A stretch of DNA of 64,000 nt from Octopus vulgaris. Lineage: Eukaryota. The notes under the pieces were generated by a model. It saw only the letters and a list, made by a program, of their open reading frames with translations, made no database searches and was not told the DNA's origin. Shown here piece after piece: positions 53,701-64,000 of this stretch. Location: the NCBI GenBank assembly GCA_951406725.2, contig OX597816.1:62558001-62622000 (forward strand), written 5' to 3'. Both the position numbers and the translations under genes were made by a program. How positions within the stretch are numbered: position 1 is the stretch's first letter; each line of letters opens with the position of its first letter.

Positions 53701-55790
53701 CGATGGACAGACAGATAGATAATCAAACAAACAAAATCATTTACAGATAATTGAATACATCCGACAGATATGTTAATCGAGAAGGAAGCAGCCTAATGTG
53801 CCGTTTATTCTATTCAAAACGTAAAATTTCTGATAGAAATCTTACTTTTCAAGAAGTTATCTTTATCTACATTTTGACAAAATATATCAAATACAAATCT
53901 TACAGATTATAGAGGAAGCTTTCCAACAATATTGCTACAAACCTTATATAATTATTAAGTAACTTACTTAAATACGAGATATATATCGATAATTCTTATA
54001 CCATAAAATATTCGTTCAATTCTATGAAAAGGGCTATATCAGAGATTTTAATATTATATGGTTTCTTAATATGAAAACCAAACCGGAGGAATAATTCATC
54101 TAATCTCTTAAGTTAATGTTGGTTATTAGAGAAGAAAACCCATTTGAAATAATATTCAGTCTACCAGTGTATGTCAAAATTTGAGAATTAAAATTATTTC
54201 TCTGTGACTTATGATATGATAATTTGACATGCATTTACTGAATCACTTTATTTTTGTTTTGTTCTTGGAATGAATTTAAGTTGCATCCGTCAGTAGAGCC
54301 CTGGTTCGGGAGTTCAAAAGTGTTGAGGGATGTAGAATCACCTCTTAACCCCTATTGTTCCCTGTCGTATTCATTCTGTCAGGGTCTCACCTATAGGTTA
54401 ATTTGCATGTCACGCAATTGTCTCCGGAACAAAGTTGTCCTCAGACACTACAACGGACTCAGAGCCGATGGTCTTCCCCACAGCAGCTCTTTAACTGTTC
54501 GTCTAAGATAAACTTCATGCATCCCAATATCTACTGGGCCCATGATGCTTATTGCACCTGACCAATACAAGTTTGAATGATAGGTGAGTAGGAATGGCTC
54601 TACAAAATCCAGGTCTTACAATAATACACCCCCGTTGCCTCGTGAGATAATTTATTGCCCATTTAAAAAGAGATTTAGTAGATCTCAACAGAAAATCTTC
54701 ATATCTTAAGGCAAATATGTACGGTTATAATTAAGCAACATCTGTGTATTGACTTGTCTTTCGTTTGTGGAGTATCAGGAAATGAATGGTGGTAAGTATA
54801 CTTATGGTTGGGGTCTTGCTCTTGGAAACAGCAGAAGTGGTGGAATTAGAATCTCTGAATTACGTCAGCTAACAAAGGTCATCGATATTTGAGTTATATA
54901 TTTAGTACAACAGTGGTAGAAATTACGAATGCTCCGGACGCAGTGCTCTGATTGCTGCTGTAGACGAATTGAGAAATCTGCAGCAAGAAAATCAAACACA
55001 TTCTGCTTATATCTACCCTAAGGATTTCGACCATATTATGGTACAAGCGTACGATTTTAAAATTAACGATAAAGAACGTCAATGAATTTATACAAGACAT
55101 GCATGGTTTCTCAGCACGCTGACCGTAACAGTGAAATCTACTTTCTTAAAACAATACGCGTTGGGAGCGGGGATAGAAGTACTACGAATAACATAGAGGT
55201 TATTCGTAGTACTTCTATGTATTGCCAAACCACGATTGTAAACCACTCGCAAAGTCTATATTGTTCACTGCCTCAGAGAATGGATGGAAAATGGATGAAT
55301 GCAACGTTGTCAATAGACTTCAACTCGAACACATAAAAATGTATGTGACTGGCTGAAAGTAAGGAAGGGCAAGATAACAGCTGTGTTTTTGTAAGCACAA
55401 GAATAGGAGTAGTTCACCCAAAGAGTATCACTACCGATCTTTCATATTTTAATAAGGATGCTTATTTTTAATAATCGGTTCGAAGTGCAATAGGATTGAA
55501 AACTAATGTAGGTGCGAGGCGAATTTTTTTCAACGGAGCTATTTATTGAAATTAAAAGGTTTGGTGCAGTCATACGTTGAATTCTGTCACTAACATTTCA
55601 CACAGGTTAGCTTTACTCAGCAATTTACATTTTGTGAAGAAATTTATGAACCTATAAAGTGTATCTTTATTTCAGATGTCTTGTGGCTATGGAAGAAAAT
55701 ATTTTACTTGCAACAGCTGATTATTTTCTTACAGAGAATCTGGTTCTTTACCATTAATTACGGTCGTATGCACACAGACACACACACACA

Positions 55791-55846
<56 letters not shown>

Positions 55847-56244
55847 CACGCATACACAAGCATGCTTGCGTACGTATTCACTTATACATATATTCTGATG
55901 TAACCAATATGTTGATAATGAAATTTGGTAAACATAATTTGTTACCAGAACACCTCAGATACCACACATACCCTCACAAACAAACATATAAACACACACA
56001 CACATACACGCATGACTATATAATCAGAATATTGAATGAATTAGAAACATCTAAGATAAATTTAATTAAACTAGTTTTTGAATCCTTAGTCGTTTCATAG
56101 CGAATGCTTTAAAATATGGATTTAAATATAATATTTAATTTCCACACCCAACGTACACACACACAACAACTGAGCACGCGTGCAAACACACACACACACA
56201 TACATACATACATAAATACATATATATATATATATATATATCAC

Positions 56245-56542
56245 GTGATCACGTGACAGACCAGACCATCAGATGTTGTTGCACATCGCTGGTCACAGTG
56301 CGTTCGCATTGTTTTAGCCTTCGAAACACGCCACCCCGCTGGCTAAGCGAGCAGGCCAACAGAAGAAAGAGTGGGAGAAAGAGTGGCGAAAGAGTACAGC
56401 TGGGATCACCACCCCCTGCCCGAGCCTCGTGGAGCTTTTAGGTGTTTTCGCTCAATAAACACACTCAACGCCCGGTCTGGGAATCGAAACCGCGATCCTG
56501 CGACCGCGAGTCCGCTGCCCTAACCACTAGGCCATTGCGCCT

Positions 56543-56545
<3 letters not shown>
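56245..56545 (-). mobile_element. SINE family C, alternative 3' tail
   Basis: Head GGAGGCGCAATGGCCTAGTGGTTAGGGCAGCGGACTCGC...GGTTTCGATTCCC shared with 48677; 3' part differs. Confidence 0.88.
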
Positions 56546-59896
<3,351 letters not shown>

Positions 59897-61019
59897 TATA
59901 TAGGTTTATGTTACGAACGTCAGAAAGTGTAATCAATATATATACACATATTTTACATGGAAACAAATGACAATACACCAAAAGTTACTCAAATTCTGTA
60001 ACGATGTTATTGGCAGGCGGTAGTTTTGACGCCGTTGTTGTGTCATCTGCTTTTCCTATTTTGTATGCATTGGTGAGAATCCGCCTCAAATGGACCACTA
60101 CATCTCTAGATCTCATTCGATCCATTTATTGTATATACTTTCTACATTCACATGACTTTTTGGTCATGTAGTTCTTTATATGATCGCCGCACCAAAAAGC
60201 GTCATCACCACATACATAGCATGAACATCTTCAAAAGGTAGAGTTATGGGTAGGTAGTTTACAGGTGTATAAATATGCCTTGAACATCTTGATCTCTCCC
60301 GATTTAGTGAGAGTTTTAGAAATAAATTTGAATGTTTTAGGAAAAACGAATTGAAGAAAGGGAAGAATAAATGAAATTAACGATGGGGTGAAGGCAAGTC
60401 TCTGAGAGAATTTTCAATGAGGATGAATGTTTAAGTTTAAATTTATGGCCGTTAGAAATCGATATTTAGTAAGGAAAAATGCTATTTGATGTATGTATTG
60501 AATTCGTGAGAGAAGTTCTTATTCGATAAATGCCTAATGAAGAAATGGAGTCTAAAAATATGCGTGAAGAATGTTTGTCAGAAAAGTATATAAATTAAAA
60601 AGCAACATTGTTGAAAAAAAATGCTCATGAAAGGCGAAAATGTAATATTTTGTTGGAAAAGGTTATATAAAAAAATTGCTATTAAAACCACAATGAAGAA
60701 AGAGTGCTTGTGCAAAATTAAGTTAGGGGCATTTTCAATAAGAATTCTAACAAACCGATGTGATCGAGCATATATTAAAGGTCTATCATATATGGAGAAG
60801 TTCCTCTTCGTGTATTGCAAATTGTGTATAAAGTCTTACGTTTCTAGGAAAGCGTGTTGAGAAGCGGAAAACAATAAAATTACATATTCATAGAAAGCAA
60901 AGAGTATATTGGAGGCGGTAAAAGGGCTGTCGAAAAGGGAGATAAATCATTCCTGACTTCCGGAACAATAAATTTTAATGGATAATGTTGCTTAGACACA
61001 AGTTAGAGCAATTAGATCT

Positions 61020-61190
61020 ATATGGCCGAAAATGTCAGTTAAGGATTGTTAAAATAAAGGTGCAAATACAATCTACAGAGCCAGAGATGTAATATAACGG
61101 AACACTCACACTATTGGGAAGACAGGAGAAATTCTCGGATATACAAGATTTATTCCGCTAGATCATAGCCAATAAAATCTCTTTCTCTGC
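61020..61190 (+). mobile_element. Possible Penelope GIY-YIG endonuclease relic
   Basis: NTIYRARDV..NTHTIGKTG...RF...DH spacing resembles IY...YIG.T...R...H; heavily decayed. Confidence 0.35.
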
Positions 61191-61622
61191 CATTCTTGCG
61201 CTTACTCTATCTCAATGCCTGTGTGTGTATGTCTATGTGTGTGCATACATATATATTTGTATGTGTATATGTGTGCGCGCGTTTGTATGTGTGCATGTGT
61301 GTATACGTGTGTGAAGGAGCATGTGACAGGGACTAGAGCGTTAGGATTACAATCGTGAGGTTTTGAGTTCGATTTACGGACCGGGATATGTGTTGTGCGC
61401 TCCTGGTGACAAAAAACACTTTATTTCACGTTGTTCCACTTCGGTCAGCCTTAGAAATGAGTCGTGACATCCTTGGTCGTTCTTTGCATTTCCTTTGGAC
61501 CACATCGGTGATGTGAAGAAAGGTGACTTCTATGTATGGGTGAATGATGGTCTTCCACAAACACCTTTCCTCGGGCTCCTGCACGGTAGGGAACTTTCTA
61601 AGTGCAATCCCGTGGTCATTCT

Positions 61623-61653
<31 letters not shown>

Positions 61654-61722
61654 GTAAATAGATATGTAAGTAAACTATAAATAGATAGATATGTACATAG
61701 GTAATATGGACAGACAAGCACG

Positions 61723-61756
<34 letters not shown>

Positions 61757-62095
61757 TAGACAAATGAAGACTGGAACACATGACCATATACACACCTGCA
61801 CACTTCACACAAGGATAAATATGGAGACACACATCCATACATAACAAATGCACGAACATAGTCACACAAACTCATACACATAGACATTCTGAATATGCTT
61901 ACGGAAAGAGTCAGAGGTACACACACAAATACACATACATTCAAACACACAAACATGAGTACACGAACATATGAATATACAGAATACATACATACAAACA
62001 TACACATTCCTCACAGCATATATATATATATATATATATATATGACAAAACAATTCAGGATAGAAAATGCTAAAATAATTTTATAAAGAACATTT

Positions 62096-62131
62096 CAGTA
62101 CCGGTTTCAGTCATTGAGACTTTTTCAACTG
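62096..62131 (-). ncRNA. Candidate minimal type-I hammerhead ribozyme, U3-A8 core variant
   Basis: cag-UUGAAAA-agtc(tcaat)gact-GAAA-ccgg-UA-ctg, in an insert (about 62044-62260) within (TA)n. Confidence 0.65.
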
Positions 62132-62262
62132 TAACAATTTAATAATTAAATTTAGAAAAGTCAAAATAAAAGTTTTTTAAAAGAATATGTGTATAGTGTT
62201 CAAATATAAGTGGCATTTCCCTTGTTTCTGCCTGTCTCTGTCTTTGTTGTTTACTCTTGTAA

Positions 62263-62330
<68 letters not shown>

Positions 62331-62535
62331 ATATATATATATATATGCATACACACACAGATACATACATACATACATGCATACATACATACAAAAATAC
62401 ATACATGTTTGTATACACATGCACACTGAAGCACACACATTCGTACTAAGAAACAAACTCAGCTCTGATAATAGAGTCAATGACTATTGAAGAAGGTTGT
62501 AAGACGCAACGGAAATTTTGGAAAGCATAGATAAG

Positions 62536-62613
<78 letters not shown>

Positions 62614-62616
<3 letters not shown>

Positions 62617-62839
62617 CGAGCTGGCAGAAACGTTAGCACGCCGGGCGAAGTGCTTAGCGGTATTTCGTTTGCCGTTTCGTTCTGAGTTCAAATTCCGCCG
62701 AGGTCGACTTTGCCTTTCATCCTTTCGGGGTCGATAAATTAAGTACCAGTTACGCACTGGGATCGATGTAATCTACTTAATCCGTTTGTCTGACCTTGTT
62801 TGTCCCCTCTGTGTTTAGCCCCTTGTGGGTAGTAAAGAA

Positions 62840-62840
<1 letters not shown>
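62614..62840 (+). mobile_element. SINE family A, full length, within (TA)n
   Basis: Matches the family A pattern. Confidence 0.9.
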
Positions 62841-62886
<46 letters not shown>

Positions 62887-62890
<4 letters not shown>

Positions 62891-63652
62891 TACAGGACAC
62901 CACAAATAAACGTAGAACTCAACGAGAAACGAAAACACAAAAACAAACTAGGAAACGGCCTTTTTTTAACAACGAAAAAACAGAGTACAAGACAAACAAT
63001 ACAAGAATATTCCCCTTCATCAAATGTTCCTGGTTCAACTCAATGCGTGTTTCGAAGGCAAGGACAGAACACAATCCGTCGAATCAGTACTTCCTGCAAA
63101 AGAATTAAATAAAATTCCTTTGCAGAGGGGTAAAAACAAGGAAAGAAAAAATGTGTCAAGAACAGGACGTAAAAGCAATACAAATAAAAATAGAAATAGA
63201 AATAAAAATACAAATACAAATACAAAATAAAAATACAAATACAAATAAAAATACAGTACACATAAAGAATAAAAACAGGACAATGAAACCAACATTGAGG
63301 GCTTTTTTTTTAAGCCTAGACGATGGAAAAATTCGGAGCGCAAGAAAATGAGGTGTTGACTTGTAGAAAGCTGCGAGTGAAAGGAAGTTGGTAGTCCACT
63401 CAGCAGTGAGACCCCTCTGCAAAGGAATTTTATTTAATTCTTTTACTGGAAGGACTAGTTCGACGGATCGTGTTCTGTCCTTACCTTCGAAACAGGCATT
63501 GAGTCGAACCAGGGACAGCTGATGAAGAGGAATATTCCTTGTATTGTGTGTTGTGTACGCTGTTTTTTCGTTGTTAAAAAAAGTCCGTTTCCTAGTTTGT
63601 TTTTATGTTTTCGTTTCTCGTTGAGTTCTACGTTTATTTGTGGTGCCCTGTA

Positions 63653-63656
<4 letters not shown>
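62887..63656. repeat. Inverted repeat element with arms of about 245 bp in (TA)n, PLE pseudo-LTR-like
   Basis: 62887-63131 is an imperfect reverse complement of 63411-63656; 280-bp spacer. Confidence 0.9.
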
Positions 63657-63706
<50 letters not shown>

Positions 63707-63827
63707 TGTATATATACATGTAGATGTAGGTACGTACATATATGTATGTATGTATGCATATATTTTATTTATTAAATTATTGTATGACTGAGCGCGCTCG
63801 GGTCGTTTCTTTTCTTTTCTCCAAGTA

Positions 63828-63891
<64 letters not shown>

Positions 63892-63923
63892 TAGGAAAAA
63901 AGCAACAAGAATGGATTAAAATC

Positions 63924-64000
63924 TCGGTACGATCGTTTCGTACGAGGACATCTTTAATAAGCTACAAAAAATGCAGTGAATACAGATGGCTCGTACTCGT
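63924..64000 (-). ncRNA. Candidate hammerhead ribozyme cut by the window end (long stem II)
   Basis: Minus strand: ...ACGA-gtacgag(long loop)ctcgtac-GAAA-cgatcg-UA-ccga; the CUG and the 5' arm of stem I would lie beyond 64000. Confidence 0.6.

Noticed and set aside
53356-55000. Two short possible minus-strand exons (about 53356-53460 and 54925-54978)
   Set aside because: Weak splice signals and no recognisable product
62482-62530. UUGAAGA...gttg/caac...GAAA motif
   Set aside because: No palindromic stem III or properly placed cleavage site

Overview
AT-rich, microsatellite-dense eukaryotic (animal) DNA made almost entirely of transposable-element remnants. The SINE types and repeat landscape suggest an octopus/cephalopod genome (inference). 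I can support no host protein-coding gene; most ORFs in the track are translations of (TA)n, (CA)n, (TATG)n, (GGT)n or (AAT)n repeats. Recognisable elements: Tx1/L1-like, R4/Dong-like and RTE-like LINE fragments; Penelope-like (PLE) RT and GIY-YIG relics; one full-length and several decayed mariner transposons; three tRNA-derived SINE families. Two signals stand out. (1) There is a set of minimal type-I hammerhead-ribozyme-like motifs with palindromic stem III, mostly in short inserts within (TA)n tracts. They include C3-G8, G3-C8 and U3-A8 versions of the core tertiary pair. (2) A 1.68-kb ORF1-only (gag/zinc-knuckle, no RT) retroelement has a 23-bp TSD and the same 3' tail as the main SINE family, and is nested in a mariner. 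Several local inverted and templated duplications are also visible. All folds and alignments were read by eye, and most boundaries are approximate.
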